Assembly (NCBI GenBank): GCA_005223075.1 | Contig: NJBO01000002.1 | Span: 113,221-177,220, forward strand | Reading direction: 5' to 3' | Length of the DNA: 64,000 bases | Source of the DNA: a candidate division TA06 bacterium B3_TA06 | GTDB taxonomy: Bacteria > Hydrothermota > Tepidihabitantia > B3-TA06 | Shown here: in pieces, positions 31,120-41,600 of the stretch | How the letters are laid out: each line of letters begins with the position of its first letter | Position numbering within the stretch: position 1 is the first letter of the stretch | Notes under the pieces: model-generated | Databases searched by the model: none | What the model saw: only the letters and a program-made list of their open reading frames with translations | What the model was told of the DNA's origin: nothing | Translations under genes and position numbers: made by a program

Positions 31120-32439
31120 TTATGCCTTGACTATTTTCTCGCGGCCTTGCTTTACGTCGGCCGTCGCGTTGCGGGTATCGATCACAAGCTTCGCGTGGGC
31201 AACCACCTTGGCGTAGTCCAGGCTGTCGTGGTCGGTGGCGATTAATACGACGTCGTATTTGGCGATATTCTCAGCGCTCAAAGGCACGCTCTCCTTGTCG
31301 AACTTGTAACGACGTGTAGGCGGAATCTTGGGGATATAGGGATCGTGGTAATCGACCACCGCACCCTTCTCCTCAAGAAGTTCAATGAGACGCAACGCTG
31401 GCGACTCGCGCATATCGTCAACGTTCTTCTTGTACGCCATGCCCAGAATAAGCACCTCCGAGCCGTTCAACGCCTTCTTGTGGTCGTTGAGCGCCTCCAT
31501 TATCTTGCCTACCACCCAGCGTGGCATGGATGTGTTGATCTCACCGGCAAGCTCGATGAACCGGGTGGGCATCTCAAACTCCTGCGCCTTGTAGGTGAGA
31601 TAGAATGGATCGATTGGGATGCAGTGACCACCCAGACCAGGACCGGGGTAGAACGGCATGAACCCGAACGGTTTTGTGGATGCGGCACGGATAACCTCCC
31701 ACACGTCTATCCCCATGGCGTCGAGGATCACCTTCAGCTCGTTTACGAGCGCGATGTTAACGCTGCGGAACGCATTCTCGAATATCTTGGTGGCCTCGGC
31801 CGCCTCGGCTGAGGAGACCGGCACCGTTTGATCAATTACCGCATCGTAGATGGCCTTGGCCAGCCCAAGGCTCCGCTTGGAGTTGGCACCCACCACCTTG
31901 GGGATGTTCTTGGTGTTGTATTTAGGGTTATTGGGGTCTTCGCGCTCAGGAGAATAGGCGAGGTAGAAATCGGTGTGGGCGACAAGACCGGAGCGCTCCT
32001 CCAATACTGGCCGCATTATCTCCTCGGTGGTGCCGGGGAACGAGGATGATTCAAGTACAACAAGCTGCCCTTTTTTAAGATAGGGGCCGATCTGTTCTGC
32101 AGTACCGGTTACGAACGAGAGGTCGGGCTGAAGGTGATCGTCAAGCGGTGTGGGGACGCAGACAAGCAAAGTATCAGACTCGGGGATGCGACTGAAGTCG
32201 GCAGTTCCCTCAAGAAGACCTTTCTTAACCGCATCCTTGATTCTAGCCGAGGGGATGTGTTTTATGTAGGTCTTCCCTGCGTTAAGCGCCTCGGCTTTGG
32301 CCTCGTCTATGTCATAGCCAATCACGCGGAAACCCTCCTCGGCGAACGTCAACGCCAAAGGAAGCCCCACGTATCCCATCCCCACCACACCAACAACCGC
32401 CTTGCGCTCGGCTATCCGCCCAAGTGTAAGCATGCCCAC
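31120..32439 (-). CDS. Nucleotide-sugar dehydrogenase (UDP-glucose/GDP-mannose dehydrogenase family; WbpA/WecC-like)
   Basis: VGVVGMGYVGLPLALTFAEEG..., catalytic GLGGHCIP and a C-terminal UDPG_MGDP_dh_C. Confidence 0.88.
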   Translation of the reverse strand: MGMLTLGRIAERKAVVGVVGMGYVGLPLALTFAEEGFRVIGYDIDEAKAEALNAGKTYIKHIPSARIKDAVKKGLLEGTADFSRIPESDTLLVCVPTPLDDHLQPDLSFVTGTAEQIGPYLKKGQLVVLESSSFPGTTEEIMRPVLEERSGLVAHTDFYLAYSPEREDPNNPKYNTKNIPKVVGANSKRSLGLAKAIYDAVIDQTVPVSSAEAAEATKIFENAFRSVNIALVNELKVILDAMGIDVWEVIRAASTKPFGFMPFYPGPGLGGHCIPIDPFYLTYKAQEFEMPTRFIELAGEINTSMPRWVVGKIMEALNDHKKALNGSEVLILGMAYKKNVDDMRESPALRLIELLEEKGAVVDYHDPYIPKIPPTRRYKFDKESVPLSAENIAKYDVVLIATDHDSLDYAKVVAHAKLVIDTRNATADVKQGREKIVKA

Positions 32440-32611
32440 TCCTTTTTTGACGCTAGGCGTAAGCTTAGTCGAACCTCGGCTAAAGTCAAGCTAACCGCAG
32501 ATTTCTATAAGGATTTTAATTCAAGTAATCCGTGTAATCTGCGAAATCTGCGGTTTAAATCCTTGACTTCGGGAACTTATTCTCTAGAATTCACGAAACA
32601 AGGAGGCTTGC

Positions 32612-34561
32612 GTGAAGCGTGTCGCATGTTTGATATTGACGGGTGTGGCTTTGATGATGGCCGCGCAGGACCCCATTGACGAGGTTTTAGCCAAAGGAGG
32701 ATTAACGAGAGAAGATGTCCACTTCGATAGAGCACTAATGGATTTCTACGGCGGCGGGCCTTACCGATTGAAGATATTTGATTTATTGGTTAATCGTCCG
32801 TTGGATATTCCTTACTACAACCATCTGTTCGTGCACCAGCTCTTTGAAGGCGGCGACAGATTGGCCAAGGGTGTGTTCTTTGCATCTCTGAGGACGGACG
32901 CCCCGGTCCGCAGAGGCCTTATCGAGCACCCTTACACCTCACTGAAAGAGGAATTAGACGAGGAGGAGGATAAGTTCTTCTACGCGTTTGATCAGCTCAA
33001 GGAGGTGGCTGGCAACCAGGATGTGCTGTATGACTTTGAGCTTCCCCCGATGTCACCCGAAGTTGAAGAAGCATTGGCGACAATCCTTTTAGCCTCAGCT
33101 CAAGCGATCGAGATGCGGGACCTGGCATTCCGCTATCTCTCTGAAGAGGAGCAGGAAAGGTTATGGGATAAAGCTTTGGGATACGTTGGTGACGACACCA
33201 CCATCACCATCGAAGATGTTTATTTCGTTGAGGAAGCGATCGGCAAGGTGGAGTTCTCGCTTCTCTACGCAGGTCTTGAGGATTTAGCCATGGTTCTTGA
33301 TACCCTGATGCCGTTTATAGATTCTGTCAGGGATGACCTTCCTCGCTTCGAGATCGAGACGCCTTACGGGACGGCAAAGATCGCAGGAGAAAGCGATGAC
33401 AAATATGATGGAGACTATCTGCTTCTTATCGAGACCGGAGGGGATGAGTATTACGAAAGAGCCGGTGCCAATCCCGATTTCCGCCATCCGGTGAGCATCG
33501 TGATCGATCTGGATGGAAATGACAGCTACGTTAACGAATCATATGATCCTGCGATCGCCGCAGGCGTGCTGGGTGCAGGGATTCTTATAGACTGGCGCGG
33601 CGACGATGTCTACGAGTCCAACGGTCCAGGTCAGGGCGGCGGCCTGTTCGGTCTGGGTCTTCTTTACGACCGCGAGGGTAGCGATCATTACGCGGGCTTC
33701 GTCAACTGTCAGGGTGCAGGGGTGTTCGGTGCAGGGATTCTGGTGGACGTGGCAGGAAACGACACCTACCGCGGTTTCCGCGGCATTCAGGGCTACGGTT
33801 TCACCAAGGGATGCGGACTGCTCCTCGATCTTGCCGGAGATGACCAATACGTGGCACGTAACGACTCTGTGCCCTTCCCCTCGCCGCAGTCTGCCGAGCA
33901 CAATGCCGCGATGGCCCAGGGGTTCGGGTTCGGTAAGCGCGCCGACTTCACCGACGGCCGCTCCCTGGCAGGTGGCGTCGGAGTTCTGGCCGACGCTTCG
34001 GGCAACGATACCTACGAGGCCGGGGTGTTCGCCCAGGGAGCGGGCTACTGGTACGGGGTAGGGATGCTCACCGATAAAGAAGGGGATGATAACTACTCCG
34101 GCGTTTGGTACGTTCAGGGCTCGGGCGCTCACTTCGCGGTGGGTATCCTCAACGACGTGCGAGGCAACGACACCTACTCGGCCTTCAAGAACATGGCCCA
34201 GGGCGCAGGCCACGATTTCACGGTAGGATACCTGATTGAAGATAGTGGTGATGATACGTACAACGCCCCCAACCTGTCTTTGGGCGGCGGCAACGCCTCA
34301 GGCATCGGCATCTTCTGGGATAGAGAAGGTGATGATGTCTATAACGTGACCGCGGCGACCACCCTGGGGCTGGCCAACATAGGCAAGCGCGGCGGGATGC
34401 GCGACCGCCTGATCTGTGCAGGAATATTCCTTGATACCGGCGGGGGCAAGGACACCTATCCTCGTGACAAGCCTGCCAACAACAACAAGACCTGGTTCCA
34501 GCCCGGACTCAATACCAAGGAACCCTTGGATACTGAGATAGGAGTCGGTCTTGACCGTTAA
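32612..34561 (+). CDS. Secreted protein with 11 copies of a ~27-aa G[ND]D.Y / QG.G solenoid repeat; unknown function
   Basis: AAGGAGG-N6-GTG and signal peptide MKRVACLILTGVALMMAAQ. Repeats are GNDSY, GDDVY, GSDHY, GNDTY, GDDQY, GNDTY, GDDNY, GNDTY, GDDTY, GDDVY and GKDTY. Confidence 0.65.
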   Translation: MKRVACLILTGVALMMAAQDPIDEVLAKGGLTREDVHFDRALMDFYGGGPYRLKIFDLLVNRPLDIPYYNHLFVHQLFEGGDRLAKGVFFASLRTDAPVRRGLIEHPYTSLKEELDEEEDKFFYAFDQLKEVAGNQDVLYDFELPPMSPEVEEALATILLASAQAIEMRDLAFRYLSEEEQERLWDKALGYVGDDTTITIEDVYFVEEAIGKVEFSLLYAGLEDLAMVLDTLMPFIDSVRDDLPRFEIETPYGTAKIAGESDDKYDGDYLLLIETGGDEYYERAGANPDFRHPVSIVIDLDGNDSYVNESYDPAIAAGVLGAGILIDWRGDDVYESNGPGQGGGLFGLGLLYDREGSDHYAGFVNCQGAGVFGAGILVDVAGNDTYRGFRGIQGYGFTKGCGLLLDLAGDDQYVARNDSVPFPSPQSAEHNAAMAQGFGFGKRADFTDGRSLAGGVGVLADASGNDTYEAGVFAQGAGYWYGVGMLTDKEGDDNYSGVWYVQGSGAHFAVGILNDVRGNDTYSAFKNMAQGAGHDFTVGYLIEDSGDDTYNAPNLSLGGGNASGIGIFWDREGDDVYNVTAATTLGLANIGKRGGMRDRLICAGIFLDTGGGKDTYPRDKPANNNKTWFQPGLNTKEPLDTEIGVGLDR

Positions 34562-36704
34562 ACCTCTGTGGATTTTCCTTATACTGATAGTTCTTACCGG
34601 GTGCATGCCCAGGGGGATGAAAGAAACCATGACCGTCCGGCAGCTTCAGGCATTGAAGGGCGACTCTACCCTTGCCCTTGGTCATTACTGGGAGGCTTTA
34701 GATTTCTACCGTCACGCGTGGATGCTTTCGGAGACCGACGAGGAACGCGCCGAGATCGGAGTAAAGCTCTACCGCGTCTTCTACGAAGGTAGAGAGTGGG
34801 ACAGCTGCGTAGTCCAGGCCGAGGCGTTACGTGGAACGCCTTGGTTCGACTCCCTGTCCTACAAGGGCCTTGTCTACTGGCGGGCAGGTTACTTTACCGA
34901 GATACTTGGAATCACAGACGCCTCTCCCCTGCTTCGTGCCGAGGCCGCGACAAGGCTGGGGCTTGAAGATTCGGCAGGGGTACTTTACGCTGAGGCTGAA
35001 AGACTGTTTGGTGAGGTGGCACGAGGCCGCCGGGCAGAGGTTTACGCTGAGATAGGCAAAAAGGACAGCGCCGTAGTGCTTTTGAAAAAATTGAAGTACC
35101 CATCCAATCCACAGAAAAGGCTGCTTGTCGAGCTCCTCTTTGAGCAAAAGGCCTGGCGCGATCTCCCTGCAGCGATAGCAAGGCTTCCAAAGGAATCGGA
35201 AAGGCTGACCGCTCTGGTTCGACTCTATGGTGAGGTGGGTGACGCTAAAAAGAAACGCAGGACCCAGATGCAGCTTATCCGCACCGCACCTTGGTCTTCT
35301 GCCGCAAGAGAGGCAGCTAAGGAGATCACCCCTGCAGATGCCGAAGAGACCTTTGCCGTAGCCAGGGCCTACGTGGGGATTGATCGAGAAAGGGCGCTTG
35401 CCCTCTTTGAAGAGGCCGAGGCCAAAGCCAAGGGATATTCACGAAAGGCCTGCCAGTGGGAGCGGGCACAACTTCTCTACCGTCTCACGAGATACGAGGA
35501 GGCGTACGAGCTTTTGAAGAACATGCGATCAGACGAGGCCAAGTTTCTTCTGGCAAAGGTGGAGTCTAAAATGGGCAGGGACGCCGAGGCGTTAAAGGTG
35601 CTTGCCGATCTTAGGGAGAATGCAAAAACACGTAAGAATCGGCAGGAGGCATGGGAACGAATGGCAACCCTACTGCAGGAGCAAGATAAGAACCTCGAGG
35701 CGGCCGAGCTGGCAGCCGAAGGGGCGCGGGCGCTTTCAGATGAGGGGTTAGGCCACCGCGCCCTGGTGCTCTGGCTTGCGGAAGGGGATACCACCAAGGC
35801 ATGCTCGGCTCTGGCCGGAGGAGTCCCGCTTGATTCAGACATCTCACTTTTCTTCCGCATCTGGCTTGCCCCTGATTCGGCAGCCGCCCTCCTCTCCCGG
35901 CTTGATGCGAATGACCCCTTCTCGTATTACTCCCTGACCGCGCGAGGAAAACTGGATCACACCCCACCTCTTGAAGACTGGTTCATCGAGCTTGGCGACA
36001 CCATCCGCGTAATCTCGCCCCGGGACTCGGCAGTCGAGAATCAGGCCTGGATTTTGGCTGAAGCAGGATTCATGAGCCAGGCCTCAAGCAAACTCAGGGG
36101 AATAAAGAACCCGCCGATGCCGGTGATGCTTGACTGGGCCGAGCGTTTCTCAGAGCTGGGCGCAGATAACATCGCGATAGATTGGATCGAAAGGCTGCTA
36201 CTTGAGGCCCGCAGGCGCGGCGTCTATACACGACCGATTGAGGTGCTGAGGCTGCAGTATCCAACGGTCTATCTGTTTCAGATCCAAAGTCAGATAGACG
36301 ATCCCGTTACCTTCCTTGCCCTGACCCGGCAGGAGAGCTGGTTCAATCCACGTGCAAAATCACCTGCCAATGCGTATGGGCTCTGCCAATTGCTCTACTC
36401 TACAGCTAGAGGTATGGATACAACGGTGGCCGTGGATTCATTGTACGAGACACATGTTAGCATCAGGTTGGGTGCCGAGTTCCTTCGCAGGATGCAGGCC
36501 AGGTTCAATGGCCGTAACGTGACCTACATCGCGGCCTACAACGCAGGGCCCGGAGCGGTGAACCGTTGGCTGGAGTATCTGCCACAAGACGACGCCCTGT
36601 TCGTTGAGCTCATACCCTACGACGAGACCCAACGCTACGTAAAGCAGGTGCTTAGAGGGAAGATCATCTACCGCTCCCTCCTGTCCGCAGAGAATCAACA
36701 ATAA
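34551..36704 (+). CDS. Slt70-like soluble lytic murein transglycosylase (lipoprotein)
   Basis: Lipobox LIVLTGC, a long helical-repeat N-terminal domain, and C-terminal SLT motifs LTRQESWFNP...AYGLCQL...AAYNAGPGAV. Confidence 0.85.
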   Translation: MTVKPLWIFLILIVLTGCMPRGMKETMTVRQLQALKGDSTLALGHYWEALDFYRHAWMLSETDEERAEIGVKLYRVFYEGREWDSCVVQAEALRGTPWFDSLSYKGLVYWRAGYFTEILGITDASPLLRAEAATRLGLEDSAGVLYAEAERLFGEVARGRRAEVYAEIGKKDSAVVLLKKLKYPSNPQKRLLVELLFEQKAWRDLPAAIARLPKESERLTALVRLYGEVGDAKKKRRTQMQLIRTAPWSSAAREAAKEITPADAEETFAVARAYVGIDRERALALFEEAEAKAKGYSRKACQWERAQLLYRLTRYEEAYELLKNMRSDEAKFLLAKVESKMGRDAEALKVLADLRENAKTRKNRQEAWERMATLLQEQDKNLEAAELAAEGARALSDEGLGHRALVLWLAEGDTTKACSALAGGVPLDSDISLFFRIWLAPDSAAALLSRLDANDPFSYYSLTARGKLDHTPPLEDWFIELGDTIRVISPRDSAVENQAWILAEAGFMSQASSKLRGIKNPPMPVMLDWAERFSELGADNIAIDWIERLLLEARRRGVYTRPIEVLRLQYPTVYLFQIQSQIDDPVTFLALTRQESWFNPRAKSPANAYGLCQLLYSTARGMDTTVAVDSLYETHVSIRLGAEFLRRMQARFNGRNVTYIAAYNAGPGAVNRWLEYLPQDDALFVELIPYDETQRYVKQVLRGKIIYRSLLSAENQQ

Positions 36705-36759
36705 GATTTGCGGCGGTCTGTGGATCGCCGCAAATCTTCGGGGTGATTTTTATTCGTTG

Positions 36760-37392
36760 CTATCTTGACCGTCCCCCTCTCCCATGGTCCTCTCTTATCT
36801 CATCTATAAATCTTCGGATTCCCCGCTCAAACTCCACCTCGAAGATAACGAATCTCGCTTGCTGTTCTACCGAGAGCACGGATAGCATCTCGTCCCTTAA
36901 TTCCCTCATCTGTTTATGGTGTTCTGCTTCTCTTTTCTTCAGGCGATCCATTATTTGGCTGAGTTTGGACTCACTTGGGTTTCGTTTGGCAAGCTCCTCT
37001 TTGAGCAGTTTGAAGTCGGCGGCCTGTGCTTTGCGATGGCTCAAGACCAGGGAGTCTCGTTGGCTCAACTTAGGCAGCAATGCAGCGACCTGTTCATCAC
37101 TCAGATTCAATCCCTCACGCATACGCATTATACGCATGGTCCGGATCATCTCCAGCGCCCTTTCCGAGGTTGGTGCCATTGCGGCCCTGGCTTTCTCGAA
37201 TTCGGCCCTCTTTTCCTCCAGTGCGGCTCTGGCTTCCTCTAGTGCGGGCCTTGCTTCCTCCATTGCGACCCTGGCCTCCTCCATGGTTGTTCGCATCCTC
37301 TCCAGCTCCTTTTCTGAATCTGCCGCACCATCACTTGTCTGAGCCGTGACAACGACGACAGCCAAAGCCATCAGTATAAATAAACGTCTCAT
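36760..37392 (-). CDS. Periplasmic Spy/CpxP-family (LTXXQ-motif) protein
   Basis: Signal peptide, helical Glu/Arg-rich sequence, and LSDEQ and LSVEQQ motifs. Third gene of the ECF sigma/anti-sigma operon. Confidence 0.65.
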   Translation of the reverse strand: MRRLFILMALAVVVVTAQTSDGAADSEKELERMRTTMEEARVAMEEARPALEEARAALEEKRAEFEKARAAMAPTSERALEMIRTMRIMRMREGLNLSDEQVAALLPKLSQRDSLVLSHRKAQAADFKLLKEELAKRNPSESKLSQIMDRLKKREAEHHKQMRELRDEMLSVLSVEQQARFVIFEVEFERGIRRFIDEIREDHGRGGRSR

Positions 37393-37395
37393 CCG

Positions 37396-37935
37396 TTAAC
37401 TCCTTTCCAGGCCCTCGGTCATCTCCTCAAGCAAGGAGATCAAAGCGGCCTTCTCCTCTTCGTTTAACTCATCAATCTCGGTGTAGATATCTGTAGGGAA
37501 AGCCTCCTCATAACTCTCCAGACCTTGCATCAACTCCTCATCCTCAGAGATAAGCAGTAAGGCAAGCTCCAGCCCCTCATCGGCAGAAAGGCTGTCTCCT
37601 TCAACCACCACCCATCCCTCCTGCGGAGCAACCGGACGTTTCAGGACGGCGTCCCCTCCAAAGATGATCGCAAGGAGCACCGCTGCGGCTGCCACCGGCA
37701 CCCAGACCCAGCGCCACCAGGGGACGCGACGAGGGGCAGAGGTCTGCCATTCGATACCGGTAAATCGAGGCGGCGCATCTGCGGAGGTTAGTGCCAAGGC
37801 TGCCTTGATTGTCTCAAGCTCCTTACGACACCCATAACACTTCTCAAGATGTTCCTCCAACTCCGAGCGTTCAGAGGCATTCAGTTGCCCATCAAGGTAG
37901 GCGACCAGTTTATCACGAAATAGGTCTGCATTCAT
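37396..37935 (-). CDS. Anti-sigma factor (zf-HC2, single TM)
   Basis: H..C..C motif is HLEKCYGCRKEL. Central TM is WWRWVWVPVAAAAVLLAIIFG. The start overlaps the sigma gene stop. Confidence 0.75.
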   Translation of the reverse strand: MNADLFRDKLVAYLDGQLNASERSELEEHLEKCYGCRKELETIKAALALTSADAPPRFTGIEWQTSAPRRVPWWRWVWVPVAAAAVLLAIIFGGDAVLKRPVAPQEGWVVVEGDSLSADEGLELALLLISEDEELMQGLESYEEAFPTDIYTEIDELNEEEKAALISLLEEMTEGLERS

Positions 37936-38480
37936 TTTTTATCCCCTTGAGGGACAAAACCCTTCAGGCTCTTGCGAAGCTTTGTCACCGCATGATGGTA
38001 GCTTGCCTTGACCGCACCCTCGGAGATTCCGAGTATCTCGGCAATCTCCGCGTGGGAATGCTCCTCTTCGTATCTCATATGGAAGATGGCGCGCTGGCGG
38101 GGCGGAAGCTGGTCTGTAGCACGTGCCACCGCGACCTCGAGTTCCTTTTGACGTGTAGCATACGAGGGAGTTAAAATGCTTGGCATCCGTTCCAGATCAA
38201 GGTCAGCCTCGCGCATCCTTGAACCCCTGCGTAAACGGTTAAGGATGTGGTTTAAGGCAATCCGGTAGAGCCAGGTGGAGAAGCGGGCCTCACCGCGAAA
38301 ACGCTTAAGAGATCGGTAGGCCTTCACGAACGCCTCCTGGACCGCATCATCGGCGTCGGCACGGTTGTGAAGCATCCTCCAGGCAAGGGCAAACAGTTTG
38401 CCTTCATAACGCCGCACGAGTATCTCAAAAAGGTCCGCTTTACCCTTCTTGACTCGCTCGATAACCTCATGATCTTGCAT
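37932..38480 (-). CDS. ECF (group 4) sigma-70 family factor
   Basis: Region 2 is DADDAVQEAFVKAYRSLKRFRGEARFSTWLYRIALN. Region 4 is EEHSHAEIAEILGISEGAVKASYHHAV. Confidence 0.9.
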   Translation of the reverse strand: MQDHEVIERVKKGKADLFEILVRRYEGKLFALAWRMLHNRADADDAVQEAFVKAYRSLKRFRGEARFSTWLYRIALNHILNRLRRGSRMREADLDLERMPSILTPSYATRQKELEVAVARATDQLPPRQRAIFHMRYEEEHSHAEIAEILGISEGAVKASYHHAVTKLRKSLKGFVPQGDKK

Positions 38481-38640
38481 CTCCTCATCACCCTTTTGAC
38501 ACGGGAGAGGCGAAAAGGTTTAATCGGTGTGGCACGGCTAATGATAGAAACTCCTTGAATGCTGTCAAGTCCATACCGGCTGACTAATGGAATCCAGGTA
38601 GGAGTTGACAAAGGATATTCTGCGATTATCCTTTCCTATC

Positions 38641-41600
38641 ATGCAGGTCATTCTTGGTTTGCTTTTGTTGGGCCAACTCTTTGAGCCGGTAGACGCCTTC
38701 GGCGGAGGGGAATGCTACGGTGTGGCCTGCGTGGACCTGGACCGTGACGGCGCATATGATGTAATAATTGCATCAAACCAGGGCATAGGCTACTACCGCA
38801 ACCTTGGTGATATGACGTTCGAGCAGCGCAGGGAGCTTCACCCTGATCCACCGGTCCCGGCCAGGGCGGTCCTGGCAGGGGATCTGGATAACGACTCGGA
38901 CATTGATCTTTTCGTTGCTACAACCGGGCAGGATTTTCTCCTCATAAATCAAGGTGATGATATCACTTTTCAGGAGATCACAGTCTACTTCCCGGTGGAG
39001 TCCAGCCGTGCCGCTGCCCTGGTGGATTTCGATGCGGACGGGAATCTTGATCTGTTCGTGGCCGCTGCCACTTCAAGGCTTTACCACAATGAGGGGGATG
39101 CATCCTTTGTTGTGGTCGACAGCTTCCCGGCAGGCTTCGCCGTCTCATGGGCGGACTACGACTCCTCGGGCTGGGCGGACTTTGCCTTAGCCTCGCTGGA
39201 TAGGTTAAGTTTCTATCGCCGTTCACTCACCGGCGAATTCGTTCGGGATACGACGATTCAAGTCACGGCACCGCGCGGCTTGTGCTGGTTTGATTGGGGT
39301 AATGACGGAAGACTGGAGCTGGCGGTGGCCGATTCGGCCGGGGTGAACATCCTGATTAAACCCGATTCCGCATTCGCGATCCATGCTATCGGAACGGAGA
39401 CAGAACCCAGCGTTGCGGTGGCCGCAGGTGATTTTGACGGAAAGCCAGGGGTGGACCTCTTATTTATCAATTACGGCATCGAGGACCGCATCTATGAAGG
39501 TCCTGATTTCATCTCTCAACCGGAAGATACGATCTCTTGCGGCACAAAAGAGGCCCGCTCGGTGGCTCTGGGCGATCTGGACACACTGAATGGGATGGAC
39601 GCTGTGGTGGTCGGTGTGGGTGGCAACGCCATTTACAAGAGCCTTGTATCAAGAACCAACAAACTGATCGTTAACCTGGTGGGACGAAGGGATGTGGTGG
39701 ATGGACTTTCAAACACCATCGCGGCAGGAACGCTTCTGAGGCTCTATGAAGGTGACACGATCAGGGGTTTCTGGGAGATAGCTGCAGGCTCAGGACATGC
39801 CGGCCAGGATGCGCCGCAAAAAAGCTTCCCCTTACCTGATACTACCGGTTATCTCTTGAAGATAGAATGGCCGCGATCAGGGGTTGTGGATTCAATCCAT
39901 CTCGATACTTTCACCCTGCCAGTGCTAATAGACGCCTACGAGGATATAACCCCTCCCCTGCCCCCGTCCAACCTTAAGTGCACCTCACACGACACCCTTG
40001 TGTGGAGCAACGACAATCAGGTTGAATTTGAGTGGAAAGCAGGCAATGACCCTCACGGAAGCGGCCTGGCAGGCTACAGTACCCTATGGAGCAAGGACAC
40101 TCTTGCATACCCTGACAATGAAGTGGAAACCTCTGATACTTTCATGACCGTTAGTACGGATCTCGAAGGTGACTCCTGCTTCTTCTTTCTCTCCTCGGTG
40201 GACTCGGTAGGCAACGTCTCCACCCCGGTGCGGTACGCACCATTGAAGCTGGATTTTCATCCGCCGGACAGTATCGAGCTGATACATCCTTCTGTCTACT
40301 CGTATGTGAACGACACCTTTGTAAGGTACGAGTGGAGTGCTGGGGTTGATACGCTTTCAGGGATAGCCTCCTACAGCATGGAGGTTTCGAATCGTCATGA
40401 CTTCCTGGGCCAAAAAGCGGACAGCCTGCTTGATACCCAGGATACCTTTTACCAATCCGCCGCCAACCTTGGGGAGATGTGGCATTACTGGCGGCTAACA
40501 GTGAAAGATACAGCAGGGAACACCGATACCATACCGTCCCAGCAAAACGATACGTTAGGGATACCCTTCAAGGTTGACGTAACCGCTCCCAGGGTGGTTA
40601 AAGTGGTCCCTAGGGATGGTGAGATCGGCATAGCGACGAATATTACCATCCGTGTCGAGTTCAGCGAACCAATGTTGCCTAGCTCGGCCGAGGATGAATC
40701 CAATTATCTGATCGAGCAAGATGCGCCCCTTCTATTTGAAGTTGAACAACATAATCCATATACCTACCGTCTTAACCCCATCCAACTTCTAGACCCTAAT
40801 ACCGAGACATTCGTGACGGTTCATCAATCTGTAACCGACCTCGCAGGTAATGGGCTTGCTGCCCCCTATTCCTGGAGTTTCAGAACAGGTAAAGCGCCTG
40901 ATCTTAAAGGGCCGGTGATTGACCTTGTAGTTATCGACCCCAACCCGACCGGTGGACATAGGATAGTAAAGATCCAGGCACGAGCTACGGATGAGGATAA
41001 CGGCGGAGGCGTGCCGATAAGGTGCGTTTTCTTCATTGATGATTCCCCTGATACGAATGAAATGGAACTCGCTGACGGAACCTATAACTCCCCGGTGGAA
41101 CTCTATACCTTCGATCTTGACGTTGATACCTTTGAAAAAGATAGTTCCTACCTTTTGTCCTTTAGGGCTATGGATGGTTCCGACAACTGGGGACGTATAA
41201 AAAATGATGATACATTGTATGTAACCGATGATGTTGACCCACCTGAATTGAATCTTGCTGTCCTAAGCGATACAACCGACCTTCACACCGGGGACACCCT
41301 TTCCCTTGAGGTTACCTCAAACGAACCGCTTCGCAGTCTTGCGGTGGCCTTCTCCCAGATTACAGAACAGGACTCTTTCTATAGTCAACTATCCGTTTCC
41401 ATTCCGGATGACTCTATGTTCTTTAGGGTAGACGTTCATCTTTCCGGTTTCCCAGCAGGACGTATCGATGGCGCGGCAACCGGCAGGGACAAAGGCGGAA
41501 ACTTAGGAACCACCACCTTTGGTTTTCCTCTTCTCTCAGGTGATCTTTTACCCCAAGAGAAGGCCTTCGCCGCCCCCAACCCGGCTTCCAGCCAAGTGGG

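Noticed and set aside
36743-37342. 199-aa Ser/Leu-rich ORF on the + strand.
   Set aside because: It is antisense to the well-supported LTXXQ periplasmic protein gene. Its low-complexity composition is typical of the reverse frame of a Glu/Arg/Ala-rich gene.
38605-38640. Track start codons TTG 38605, TTG 15948 (minus strand) and TTG 16440 (minus strand).
   Set aside because: Two of these TTGs are the first bases of a TTGACA -35 hexamer with a properly spaced -10 box. Downstream ATGs give sensible signal peptides or TM N-termini.
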